Source: Thermoanaerobaculia bacterium (lineage in GTDB: Bacteria > Acidobacteriota > Thermoanaerobaculia > Multivoradales > Multivoraceae). From it: a DNA stretch of 64,000 nt. Below the pieces are notes generated by a model that did no database searches, was not told where the DNA came from, and was given only the letters and a program-made list of their open reading frames with translations. This document shows, in pieces, positions 10,083-19,400 of this stretch. A program made the position numbers and the translations under genes. The stretch is taken from NCBI GenBank assembly GCA_963666565.1, contig OY762911.1, positions 1,408,001 to 1,472,000 of the forward strand, written 5' to 3'. Position 1 is the first letter of the stretch; each line of letters starts with the position of its first letter.

Positions 10083-11129
10083 TCAGAGCCGGCGCTTCGC
10101 GCCGGATGCCGGCGGGGACGCCGGCGCACCAAGTTTCTGCCCTGCGAGCTCCCAGCTCGGCGGCAACTGCGTCTCAAGCAACGCCTCGCTGGCCCGCCAC
10201 AACCTGGCGCCGTTGGCCGGGTCCGCGGCGTGCCGGGACGGCCGCTTCTCGCGCAGCATGTGCAGGTAGATGCCGCTGCGCTTGCCGGCCTCGCCGGCGC
10301 AGCACAGGTAGCTCACGGGCCGGGCGGCCTTCTCCGGCGTCAGGAAGAACAGCTTCATCATCGGGACCACGAGCGGCTTGAGGAACCACGGCGCATCCCG
10401 CGCGATCGCCGTGTTCACGGGGCCGGGACAGAGCGAATGGACGACCACGTGCTCTTCGCCGTCGCGGTTCAGGCGCCGCGATAGCTCGGTCGCGTAGGTG
10501 CAGACGACGAGCTTGCTCGCGCCGTAGTGCCGGATCCCGTCCCGGACGCCGTAGTCCGTGAACTCGCCGAAGCGGTCGAAGTCGATCGGCTCGGCGGAGC
10601 GGTGCGCGTCGGAGGAGACGAGGACGATCCGGGGCGCCTCTTCGATCCGGGTCGCCGGGCGGACCGTTCCGTCCTTCAGCCAGCGATCCACCAGGACCCG
10701 GTTGGCCAGGAAGTGGACGGCGAACATCGTCTCGAAGCCCTGCGGCGTCCGGCGGGCGCGGCGCGGCACGACGCCGGCGTTGAGGATCGCGATGTCGAGC
10801 CGGGCGTCCCGTTCGCGCAGTTCGTCGCAGAGCGCATGTACCGAGCGCAGGTCGGAGAGGTCGACCCGAAGCATCTCGACCCGGTCGGAACCGGAGGCGT
10901 CCCTGACCTCTTCGCCGGCCTCGGGGTGGCCGCTCCGGCAGGCCATCAGGACGTGGCCGCCGCGCCTGGCGAGGTCGATGGCGACGGCCTTGCCGAGACC
11001 GCTGTTGGCCCCGGTCACCAGGCAGGTCCTGCCGTCGATCCGAACGGAATCGGCAAGCGGCTCGATCTCCGGCCGCTCGGCCGCCCGGTCCCGGACCGCC
11101 TTGCGGAGCACCTTGAAGAGCTTCTTCAT
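10083..11129 (-). CDS. SDR oxidoreductase (retinol dehydrogenase-like)
   Basis: TGANSGLG, NAG, YGASK and CPGPVNT motifs; REP-encoded C-terminal tail. Confidence 0.9.
   Translation of the reverse strand: MKKLFKVLRKAVRDRAAERPEIEPLADSVRIDGRTCLVTGANSGLGKAVAIDLARRGGHVLMACRSGHPEAGEEVRDASGSDRVEMLRVDLSDLRSVHALCDELRERDARLDIAILNAGVVPRRARRTPQGFETMFAVHFLANRVLVDRWLKDGTVRPATRIEEAPRIVLVSSDAHRSAEPIDFDRFGEFTDYGVRDGIRHYGASKLVVCTYATELSRRLNRDGEEHVVVHSLCPGPVNTAIARDAPWFLKPLVVPMMKLFFLTPEKAARPVSYLCCAGEAGKRSGIYLHMLREKRPSRHAADPANGARLWRASEALLETQLPPSWELAGQKLGAPASPPASGAKRRL
10088..10133 (-). repeat. REP-like element type B inside the SDR 3' end
   Basis: Reverse complement of CTTGGTGCGCCGGCGTCCCCGCCGGCATCCGGCGC-GAA-GCGCCGGC. 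Confidence 0.8.
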
Positions 11130-11186
11130 GCGAGGTCGTCGCGCGGCCGGGAAAGCGGAAGAGCTCGACGGGCGCGGGGCGCGAGC

Positions 11187-12566
11187 TTACTCGCGCGGGA
11201 TGCCGTGGCGCTTCCGGTAGGCCGCCATGCGCGTCTCGATGGCCTCGCGGCTCAGTCCGAAGCTCTCCGGTTCGTAGACGTGCCGCCCGTAGCGGTGCTG
11301 CACGTTGCGGCTCGCGGTCCGCTCGGCGGCTCGGAGCGCGTCCGGTCCGAAGGGGATGCCGGTCCGCTCGCAGACCTGGTGCAGCACCGCCATCGGTTCG
11401 CGGACCAGGTCGTAGTAGGAGACGTCGACGAACCGCCGCGGATCCGCGGACGCCCGGACGCTCGCGGCGCGCTCGACCAGGCGGCACGTCTTGGCGAACC
11501 AGTGCGCGCCGATCTCCCGCGAGTCGACCCGGTCGCTGAACAGTCCGCGGGCGTGCGCGACCATGCTGCAGAAGGAGGGGATGGACTTCCGCGGATCGCG
11601 GTGGGTGCGAACGATCGTGGCGGTCGGGAAGACGTCGAGAGCGACGTCCAGGTACTCCATGTGATGCGGCGTCTTGAGCACCCAGTGAAGGCGAGGCCGT
11701 TGCCATTGCAGGATCTGGAGCAGGGTGCGGAACTCCTCGTATGCGCGTGCATGGTCCGGCCAGGATCTGCCTGAGGGGGCTTGTGTGCGGGTGGCCTCGT
11801 ACGCGCGCGCATGGTCCCGGCTTGATGCCGGCGGGGACGCGGGCGCGCCCTGGGCCTCGTGCGCGTGCGTACGATCCCGGCCTTCCAGCCAGCGGGCGTA
11901 GGCGGGCACGTGCATCGTCGCCTCCGCCGACTGGCTCATGAAGGACACGTCGAGCAGCAGCACGTCCTCCTCCGGTGCGTCGTGTTCGGCGGGATGGACG
12001 GCGAAGAAGGCGGGCGCCAGGTAGGCGACGGCCCGCTCGGCGATCAGGGCCTGCCGGATCCGGGCGTGAGGATCGCCCGGTTCCTCGCGCGGCAGGGGCA
12101 GCGGGTTCAGACCCTCCCAGGCCGCGATGGCGCGCATCTCCGGGAGCGAGGCGAGCAACCGGTGCAACGTGGTGGTGCCGGTCCGCTGCAGGCCGGCGAT
12201 GAGGACGATCGGGCCGAGTTCGATGTCCCGAATCTCCGGCCGGCGGCGGAGGAGTTCCTCGACCCGCAGGCGCGTCGCCAGCGCTCCCTCGATCCGCCGC
12301 CGCTGGATCAGCCGGCCGAGGAGCGTGAGGTCGGCTTCCTCGTCGATGGAGCGGACGAGGACGGAGAGCGGTTCCATGAACCAGTCGTCGCCGAAGCTGG
12401 ACAGGCCGGTCTTCCTTCGGGCCTTCGCGACCATCGAGTCGACGTCGAGCCGCCCGCTTGCGCCGAGGCGTCCCGCGGCGCGACCGGCCGCGTTCAACAG
12501 CGCGACGGGGAGCGGCCGGTAGGGCCGCTCGTAGTCGGTCGGCGTCTCGCTTACCCGCTTCGCCAT
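11187..12566 (-). CDS. PAPS-dependent sulfotransferase (Sulfotransfer_3 family)
   Basis: 5'-PSB loop GLQRTGTT, WVLKTPHH, 3'-PB HRDPRKSIPS; carries an internal 40-aa insertion. Confidence 0.88.
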   Translation of the reverse strand: MAKRVSETPTDYERPYRPLPVALLNAAGRAAGRLGASGRLDVDSMVAKARRKTGLSSFGDDWFMEPLSVLVRSIDEEADLTLLGRLIQRRRIEGALATRLRVEELLRRRPEIRDIELGPIVLIAGLQRTGTTTLHRLLASLPEMRAIAAWEGLNPLPLPREEPGDPHARIRQALIAERAVAYLAPAFFAVHPAEHDAPEEDVLLLDVSFMSQSAEATMHVPAYARWLEGRDRTHAHEAQGAPASPPASSRDHARAYEATRTQAPSGRSWPDHARAYEEFRTLLQILQWQRPRLHWVLKTPHHMEYLDVALDVFPTATIVRTHRDPRKSIPSFCSMVAHARGLFSDRVDSREIGAHWFAKTCRLVERAASVRASADPRRFVDVSYYDLVREPMAVLHQVCERTGIPFGPDALRAAERTASRNVQHRYGRHVYEPESFGLSREAIETRMAAYRKRHGIPRE

Positions 12567-12621
12567 CGGTCCGAGCCGTGGCCGGCGCATCCAGCAGGGC
12601 GGAACCCGGTCCGGCGCACGG

Positions 12622-13815
12622 TCAACCGCGGGAAGCCTTCAGGTCGGCCAGCTTGACGACCCGGGTCGCCGGCTCCGGGTGCTCCTCGGCGCGGATCCAC
12701 CGGAAGCACATGGTCCCCGAGGAGTGGCCGGCCGTGTCGAGCCAGTTCGGGAATCCGGGATCCTCGTGTGCTACCACCAAGCGCACGGAACCGTCGGGCT
12801 CGTACTCCGCCAGATGCTTGTTCGTGTGGATCGTGTGGTAGCGGTAGTCCAGCGACTCCATCCAGTAGTTGTTGAGCTGGAAGTTCCAGTGCTCGCATTC
12901 CGGCGGCGTGGCCTCGATGACCAGCGCCTCGTCCTCGGCCAGCCGCCAGTGCGAGTGGTAGTAGGCGATGTTCGGGTCGCCGCCGGCCTGGTTCGACGTC
13001 TCCTGGTCGAAGCGGGGCAGCCTGTTCGAGTGCTTCTGGAAGTCGCGCGCCCACTTCGCGAACAGGAGCGAGGCGCCGGCGACCAGGGTGCTCGCCGAGC
13101 GCAGCCCCTCGTCGACCTGGGCCGGCGTCAGGGGCGCCGGACGCTTCTCTTCAGGAGCGCAGTCGATCCGCTCGATGCGGAGCTCGGCCGGGACCTCCGT
13201 TCGCCGGTCGAGAAAGGTCTGGCGCACGATGAGCATGCCCGTGTCGGGCTTCATCGGCAGCCAGTTGCCCTCCTGCTGTTCGCAACTGAGGATCAGCTCG
13301 AATCCGCCCTCGTCGTCCATCTCGAGTTCCGCGGCCTCGACGTAACCGGTCGGCGGCAGGCCGCCGCCCTGGCCGTAGTGGCCGGCCTGGGTGCCGAAGC
13401 CGAGGTAGGCGACCGTGTTGCGGCGTCCGACGATCCGGTACTCGTACTCGCCCGAGAGCGCGGCCGTCAGGTAGTGGTTGTCCGGGTTGTCGGCGCCGAG
13501 CTTGACCGTCTCGTGCGCGACCCGGTGAAGGACCGGCGCCCGCGGGTCGGCGTGCTCGACGAAGGCCATCAGGCCGGCGCGCGCCAGCCGGCTGAGATAG
13601 CGGTAGCCCTCGGCCTGGTTGAAGGCGTCGCGCGGCGTTCCCGGGAAGTTCAGCGACGCGCCGGCGGCCTTCAAGGTGTCGCAGAACTCGTCCCAGGCGC
13701 GGCCGGAGACCACCCGCTGCGCCGCGACATCGTCCTCGGACTGGCCGCGGAGCTTCCGGATCGCCAGCGATACACGGCGAAACAGCGCAAGCAGGGCGAT
13801 CGCGAGCTTTCTCAT
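12622..13815 (-). CDS. DUF1214-domain protein (sulfotransferase partner)
   Basis: AEGYRYLSR, GADNPDNHY, WNFQLNNYWMESLDY and DPGFPNWLDTAGH motifs. Confidence 0.82.
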   Translation of the reverse strand: MRKLAIALLALFRRVSLAIRKLRGQSEDDVAAQRVVSGRAWDEFCDTLKAAGASLNFPGTPRDAFNQAEGYRYLSRLARAGLMAFVEHADPRAPVLHRVAHETVKLGADNPDNHYLTAALSGEYEYRIVGRRNTVAYLGFGTQAGHYGQGGGLPPTGYVEAAELEMDDEGGFELILSCEQQEGNWLPMKPDTGMLIVRQTFLDRRTEVPAELRIERIDCAPEEKRPAPLTPAQVDEGLRSASTLVAGASLLFAKWARDFQKHSNRLPRFDQETSNQAGGDPNIAYYHSHWRLAEDEALVIEATPPECEHWNFQLNNYWMESLDYRYHTIHTNKHLAEYEPDGSVRLVVAHEDPGFPNWLDTAGHSSGTMCFRWIRAEEHPEPATRVVKLADLKASRG

Positions 13816-13832
13816 CGTTCCTTCTCCCGCCG

Positions 13833-14312
13833 TCAGTCGGCGGGACCGACCGGCGTGCCGTAGGGAACCGGCGGTTCGCGCTCGTGCGTCGGGCCGAGGG
13901 CAACGATGCGCCAGCGTCCGCGGAAGACGCGCAGGTCGAGGTCCTGCGTCTCGTAGCTCGCTTCCCGCACGTACTCGACGTCGAGCCGCACGGTGTCGCC
14001 CAGGTCCTCCTTGCCGGTCACGGCGACCCCCTTGAGGCCGGCGACGCGCTGGCGGAGGTACTGCCGGAAGGCGGCATCCCCCATCTCGTCGCGCACCGTC
14101 TCCAGTTGTTCGCGGACCTCGCCGGTGAAGAGGTCGAGGTAGGCACCGGCCTCTCCCTCGCGGCTGACGTCGATCATCTGCCAGAAGACGTCGCTCGGAT
14201 CGCCCGCATCCGTCCCGCGCTCCGGCAGCCGGTCGCGCAGCGCCGCGAGCAGGCCGGCCGCGAGCACCGCGACGGTCAGCGCGGTCGCGCCCAGGTTGCG
14301 GCTCATCTTCAC
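13833..14312 (-). CDS. Hypothetical membrane-anchored protein (possible NTF2-like fold), last gene of the ATPase-SPFH operon
   Basis: GTGA overlap with the hflK stop (alternative ATG at 14306); N-terminal hydrophobic helix; ends GRWRIV. Confidence 0.7.
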   Translation of the reverse strand: MKMSRNLGATALTVAVLAAGLLAALRDRLPERGTDAGDPSDVFWQMIDVSREGEAGAYLDLFTGEVREQLETVRDEMGDAAFRQYLRQRVAGLKGVAVTGKEDLGDTVRLDVEYVREASYETQDLDLRVFRGRWRIVALGPTHEREPPVPYGTPVGPAD

Positions 14313-15241
14313 GGCTGGCCGTTCGCCCCGGGCGTCAGCTCCCGGCGGAGGAAGTCGATGTCGATCGTGCTCTGGCCGGGCTCCAGGATCGTCTTCCGCA
14401 TGCGGGGAAGGACCCGCTCCATCGTCTCGAGATAGGTGCGCGTGCGGATCTCGGCGCGCGCCCCCTGGTCGGCGTTCGCGATCGAGCGGAACCGGTCGGC
14501 TTCGCCGGTCGCCCGCTCGACTTCGGCGGTGCGGAAGCTCTCGGCTTCGGCCGTGAGGGCGCGCGCTTGGCCCCGCGCCACCGGCACGACCTCGTTGCGG
14601 TAGCTCTCGGCCTCGCGGATCAGCCGGTCGCGGTCCTCGCGCGCGCTGGCGACGTCGTTGAACGCCTCCCGCACGAGACTCGGCGGGCTGACGCCCTCGA
14701 GGCTCGCGGAGAGGACGGTGACGCCGGTCCCGAAACGATCGAACAGCTCCTGCGAGGCGGCCTGGACGCTCTGCTGCACCGCGACCTTGCCGGTCGTCAG
14801 CAGCTCGTCGACGCCCATGCCGGCGACCACTTGGAGCAGGGCGCTGCGCCCGCTGGTCTCGAGCAGCGAGTCTGTGTCCGCGAAGCGCAGCGAGTAGGCA
14901 AGCGGATCGTGGATCGCGTAGAGGACGACGAGCCGCACGTGGACGACGTTGCGGTCGCCGGTCAGCCAGCGCGCCTCGGCCGGCGTCGCGTCGCCGCCCA
15001 GCACGCGGTCGGCCGCGGCGAAGCCGAGGGTCAGCCGCTTCGCTTCGCGCACCTTCAGCTTGTCCACCCGGCCGACGGGCCGCGGCCAGTTCCAGTGCAG
15101 GCCCGGCCCCGCCGGGGTCGCGCCGGCCCGACCGAGAACGCGCACGACGGCCTCCTCGTCCGGCGCGACGAAGTAGACGCCCCAGGCCAGCCACATCAGC
15201 GCCAGGGTCAGCGCCGCGGCCGGGACGGCTCGGAACTTCAC
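14309..15241 (-). CDS. hflK: HflK-like SPFH/band-7 protein
   Basis: N-terminal TM, GPGLHWNWP, LTGDRNVV, PP..VREAFNDVASARED and AESYRNEVVPVARGQA. Confidence 0.85.
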   Translation of the reverse strand: MKFRAVPAAALTLALMWLAWGVYFVAPDEEAVVRVLGRAGATPAGPGLHWNWPRPVGRVDKLKVREAKRLTLGFAAADRVLGGDATPAEARWLTGDRNVVHVRLVVLYAIHDPLAYSLRFADTDSLLETSGRSALLQVVAGMGVDELLTTGKVAVQQSVQAASQELFDRFGTGVTVLSASLEGVSPPSLVREAFNDVASAREDRDRLIREAESYRNEVVPVARGQARALTAEAESFRTAEVERATGEADRFRSIANADQGARAEIRTRTYLETMERVLPRMRKTILEPGQSTIDIDFLRRELTPGANGQP

Positions 15242-15309
15242 TCGGCGGCTCCGTCCAGCCGGATCGGCGTCATCGTCGGCACGGCGGCTTGAATGGCGCG
15301 ACGCCTCAC
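15238..15309 (-). CDS. 23-aa mini-ORF 2 (VRRRAIQAAVPTMTPIRLDGAAE), coupled by GTGA at both ends
   Basis: Its GTG overlaps the stop of mini-ORF 1 and its TGA overlaps the hflK GTG; it is one 68-bp repeat unit. Confidence 0.55.
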   Translation of the reverse strand: MRRRAIQAAVPTMTPIRLDGAAE

Positions 15310-15377
15310 TCGGCGCCTCCGTCCAGCCACATCGGCGCCAGTGTCGGCACGGCGGCTTGGATGGCTCGGAACTTCAT
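15306..15377 (-). CDS. 23-aa mini-ORF 1 (MKFRAIQAAVPTLAPMWLDGGAE), coupled to hflC by ATGA
   Basis: ATG overlaps the hflC TGA; copy of the hflK N-terminus fused to the hflC C-terminus. Confidence 0.55.
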   Translation of the reverse strand: MKFRAIQAAVPTLAPMWLDGGAE

Positions 15378-16444
15378 TCGGCGCCTCCGCCCAGCAGGGA
15401 GAAGAGTTCCGAGTCCGCCGACAGGATGACCGTCGTCTGGTCGTCGAGGATCGACTCGTAGGACTCGAGAGTCCGCAGGAACCGGTAGAGGGACGGGTCC
15501 TGCCGGTAGGCGTCGCCGTAGATGCCGGCCGCCTCGGCGTCGCCCTGGCCGCGGAGGATCTCGGACTCGCGGTAGGCGCCGGCGAGGATCAGTTCCCGGT
15601 CCCGGTCGGCTTCGGCGCGGATGATCATCGCCTGTTCCTCGCCCTGGGCCCGGTACTCTTTGGCGATCCGTTCGCGCTCGGCCCTCATGCGCGCGAAGAC
15701 GGACTCCAGGTTCTGCTCCGGGAAGCTCAGGCGGGTGAGTTGGACTTCGAGGATCTCGACCCCGAGCTGGGGGAGGGAGACGGCGACCGCGGACTCTCGG
15801 ACCTCGGCCGAGACCTTCTCGATCCGCAGTTTCTTCGGCTCGGTCGACACGAGTTGGGAGAGCTCCGTGCGGCCGAGCGCAGCCGCGAGGCCGGCCCAGA
15901 CCACGTCGTGAAGCCGCATCTCGGCGCCGGAGCGGTCGCCGATCGTCTCCAGGAACCGCGCCGGATCGGCGATCCGCCAGACGACCGCGGTGTCGACGAC
16001 CAGGTTCTTCTTGTCCTGGGTCAGGAACTCGGCCGGCGCCGGATCGTAGAGGAGCACCCGGTTGTCGAAGCGGAGCCGCCGGTCGATCGGCCACTTGAGC
16101 TTGAGGCCCGGCTCCTCGATCGTGCGGACCGGCTTGCCGAACCGGGTGACGATCGCGCTCTCGGTCTCCGGCACGACGAAGACGGACCGGGCCAGCGCGA
16201 CGATCGCCAGTACGGCCAGGCCGGCGTGCCACCAGGCGGTTCGGCGCGGCGAAGGCTCGTGCCCGTTGCCGCCGTCGCGAGGCTGGGCCTCGTTGTGGCG
16301 GCGCGTTCCGTCGTGGCGGTTCGCTCCGTCGTGGCGGCGTGTTCCGTCGTCGCTGTTCGCGCCGGCGGATCTGGGCGCGCGGGCATCCTTGCCCGCGTCC
16401 GCGTGGTGAGGGTCGTGGTGCTGATGATGGTCGTCGTGGGTCAT
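15374..16444 (-). CDS. hflC: HflC-like SPFH protein with His-rich N-terminal extension
   Basis: VTRFGKP, LTQDKKNLVVD, WRIADP, RMRAERERIA and FLRTLESY; starts MTHDDHHQHHDPHH; ATGA overlap with the ATPase. Confidence 0.88.
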   Translation of the reverse strand: MTHDDHHQHHDPHHADAGKDARAPRSAGANSDDGTRRHDGANRHDGTRRHNEAQPRDGGNGHEPSPRRTAWWHAGLAVLAIVALARSVFVVPETESAIVTRFGKPVRTIEEPGLKLKWPIDRRLRFDNRVLLYDPAPAEFLTQDKKNLVVDTAVVWRIADPARFLETIGDRSGAEMRLHDVVWAGLAAALGRTELSQLVSTEPKKLRIEKVSAEVRESAVAVSLPQLGVEILEVQLTRLSFPEQNLESVFARMRAERERIAKEYRAQGEEQAMIIRAEADRDRELILAGAYRESEILRGQGDAEAAGIYGDAYRQDPSLYRFLRTLESYESILDDQTTVILSADSELFSLLGGGAE

Positions 16445-19400
16445 TGCTCTACCTCGTTCTGGCCCGAGCCCGGTGGAGGAACGAAGACATCGAGGAGGCG
16501 GTTCGGCGTTTCGTCGACGAAGACGAAGCGCTTGCGGCCGCCGGTCGCGTCGGTGATCAGTTTCGGTTTGCCGGCAAGCGAGCCTTCGATCGTCCGGAGC
16601 TGGAGCCGGAACCGGTGCAGGTCGTTCGCACGCCGGTAGGCTGCGGCGCGCAGCGCGAAGCGTTCGCTCTCGCCGCGGCCGGCCTCTACGCGCCGGTTCC
16701 GGTAGGCCTCGGCTTCGAGGAGTTGCCGGCGCGCTTCCCCGCGGGCGATCGGCAGGCGCTCGAGCGCGTAGCCCTCGGCCTCGTCGATCAGGGTCTCCCG
16801 CTCCTCGAGCGCGCTGGCCGCGTCACGGAAGGCGTCGACGACGTCGAGCGGCGGGTGGGCGTCCTGCACGGTCGCGCTCACCACCTCGACGCCCGCGCCG
16901 AGGCTCTCGAGCATCGCTTCGAGATGCCCGTGCCAAGCGTCTTCGATGCCGTCGCGCCTGCCGGTCAGCACGTCGTCGAGTGAGTGGCCGGCGAGCACGG
17001 TGCGCAGCGACCGCTCGGCGCTCGTCTCGACCAGTCGCGCCGGATCGGCCGCGGCGAAGGCGAAGGCGGCGGTGTCGGCGACCCGGTAGTGGATCCGGGC
17101 CGCGACCTCGACCAGGTTCTCGTCGCCGGTCAGCATCAGGCGTTCGAGCGGCGGCGTCTCGTCGAAGCCGGCGTGACGCACGTTCCACTCGTAGCTCGGC
17201 GCCGCGTCGCCGTCGGCGGATGCGGCGTCTCGCGGCGAACCGACCGCCGCCATCCGCAGGCGATTCGGTTCGACGCGGGTCATCCGGTCCACCGGCCAGG
17301 GGAAGCGCCAGTGCAGGCCGGGTCCGAGTTCGCCACCGACGTGGCGGCCGAAGCGCTGCACGAGTCCGACTTCCCGGGGCTCGATCGTGCGAAGGCCGGT
17401 CGCTGCCCAGAGTGCGACCAGCGCGAACGGCGCCGCGCGCAGCAGCCGCGGTGCCGCGGACCGGATCCGCGCCGGGCTGTCTTCGAGCGCGTGTTCGAGG
17501 CGGTGGACCGCCGTGCGCCGGCCGGCGTTCCAGGCGTTCCAGCCGGCGGCCAAGCCGTCCACCGGACCCGCGAGAACCGGGAAGCGGCGCCAGCCGTGGC
17601 CCTCTCGCGCGGCCACCGCCCGCCCCTCGTAGAGGAGGCGGACGCAGTTCAGGATGACGAGCAGCGACGCCGCCTGGTGGACGATCGCCGCCGCGGCCGG
17701 GGGCAGCCAGCCGAAGGCGGCAAAGCCGACGGCGACGAAGTTGATGCCGAAGGCGAAGATCAGGATGCTGCTGCGGATGCGGGCGACGACGCGGCGGGCG
17801 TAGCGGAGCAGGGGCGCCAGATAGTCGAGCCGGTCGGGCAGCAGCACGACCTGGGCCGCCTCGGCCGAGAGGTCGGCGGCGCCGTGGCCGAATGCGGCGC
17901 CGACGGACGCGGCGGCGAGGGACGGCGCGTCGTTGATCCCGTCGCCGACCATGAGGACGTTGCGGCCGCCGCGGGAGAGCTCGCCGAGCCGGCCTACCTT
18001 GTCTTCGGGCAACAGTTCCGCCTGGACCTGGTCGATGCCGGCCCGGCGGCCGATCGTGCGTGCCGTTCCCGCGGCGTCGCCGGTCAGCATGACGATCGGA
18101 TCGACTCCGGCCTGCCGCAGGTCGGCGACGGCGCAGGTCGCTTCGTCCCGGAGCGGATCGGCGAGGGCAAGCGCGCCGCCGATCGCGCCGTCGATGGCGA
18201 CGGCCAGCCGCGTCTCGCCGCTTCCCGGAGTCGGCACGACGCTCTCGGCCACGGCTTCCATCCCGTCTTCGCCGACGACCTCCGCCAGCAACGCCTGGTT
18301 GCCGACCGCGATCTCGTGCCCGTCGACGGTGGCCGTCACGCCGCGGCCGGGATGGAGTCTGAAGCTCTCGGGCTCGGCGAGATCGAGCCGCCGCTCGCGG
18401 GCCTCGGCGACCAGCGCCCGGCCGAGCAGGTGCTCGGACGTCAGTTCGGCGCTCGCGGCGAGCCGGAGCAGGCGATTCTCGGCCATGTCGCCGGCGGGCG
18501 CGATCGCGGTCAGCGCCGGCCGTCCGCAGGTCAGCGTGCCCGTCTTGTCCAGCACGCAGGCGTCGATGCGCGACAGCGACTCGATCACGTCGCCGCCCTT
18601 GACCAGCGCGCCCTCGCGCGCCAGCCGGGCGATCGCCGAGGCCATCGCCGCCGGCGTCGCCAGCACCAGGGCGCACGGGCAGGCGACGATCAGCGCCGCC
18701 ACCGTGCGCATCATCTCGCCGGTGAAGAGGTAGATGCCGCCGGCGGCGACCAGCACCGCGGGCAGGAAGTAGCGGGCCAGCTTGTCCGCCGTGCGCACGA
18801 CCCGGGCGCGGCGGCTCTGCGCGTCCTCGATCAGGCTCGCGATCCGGGCGACGGTCGTGTCGCTGCCGGTCCGCTCGGAGCGGATGTCGAGGACGCCGTA
18901 CTCGTTCAGGCTGCCGCTCCACACCGCGTCGCCGACGGCGAGCTGGGCGGGCAGCGGCTCGCCGGTGACGCTGCTCTGGTCGACGGACGACGTGCCGCGC
19001 TCGATCGTCCCGTCCACCGGCACGCGCTCGCCGGCGAGCACGCGCACGAGGTCCCCGATCTCGACCTCGCCGAGCGCCACGAGCTCTGCGGTTTCCCCGG
19101 TGCCGTCGCGCAGCACACGCGCCTGCTCGGGCTGGCTGGCGACGAAGCCGGCGATCGCCCCCTTGGCGCGGTCGACCGTCCAGTGCTCGATGCCCTCGCC
19201 GATCAGCATGATGAACATGACCTCGGCGGCGGCGAAGTACTCGCCGATCCACACCGCGGCGCCCGCCGCGATCGCGATCGTCAGGTGCGACGAGAAGTGC
19301 CCCTGGAGCAGGTCGAGGATCGCGTGGCGGATGAGCGGATAGCCAGCGACCAGGGTGAGGACGAGCGCCAGGTCGATGCCGGCGACGGTGCGGACGACCC

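Noticed and set aside
14313-15194. 453-aa ORF 13833-15194
   Set aside because: Only the last 159 aa look real; the rest overlaps hflK out of frame.
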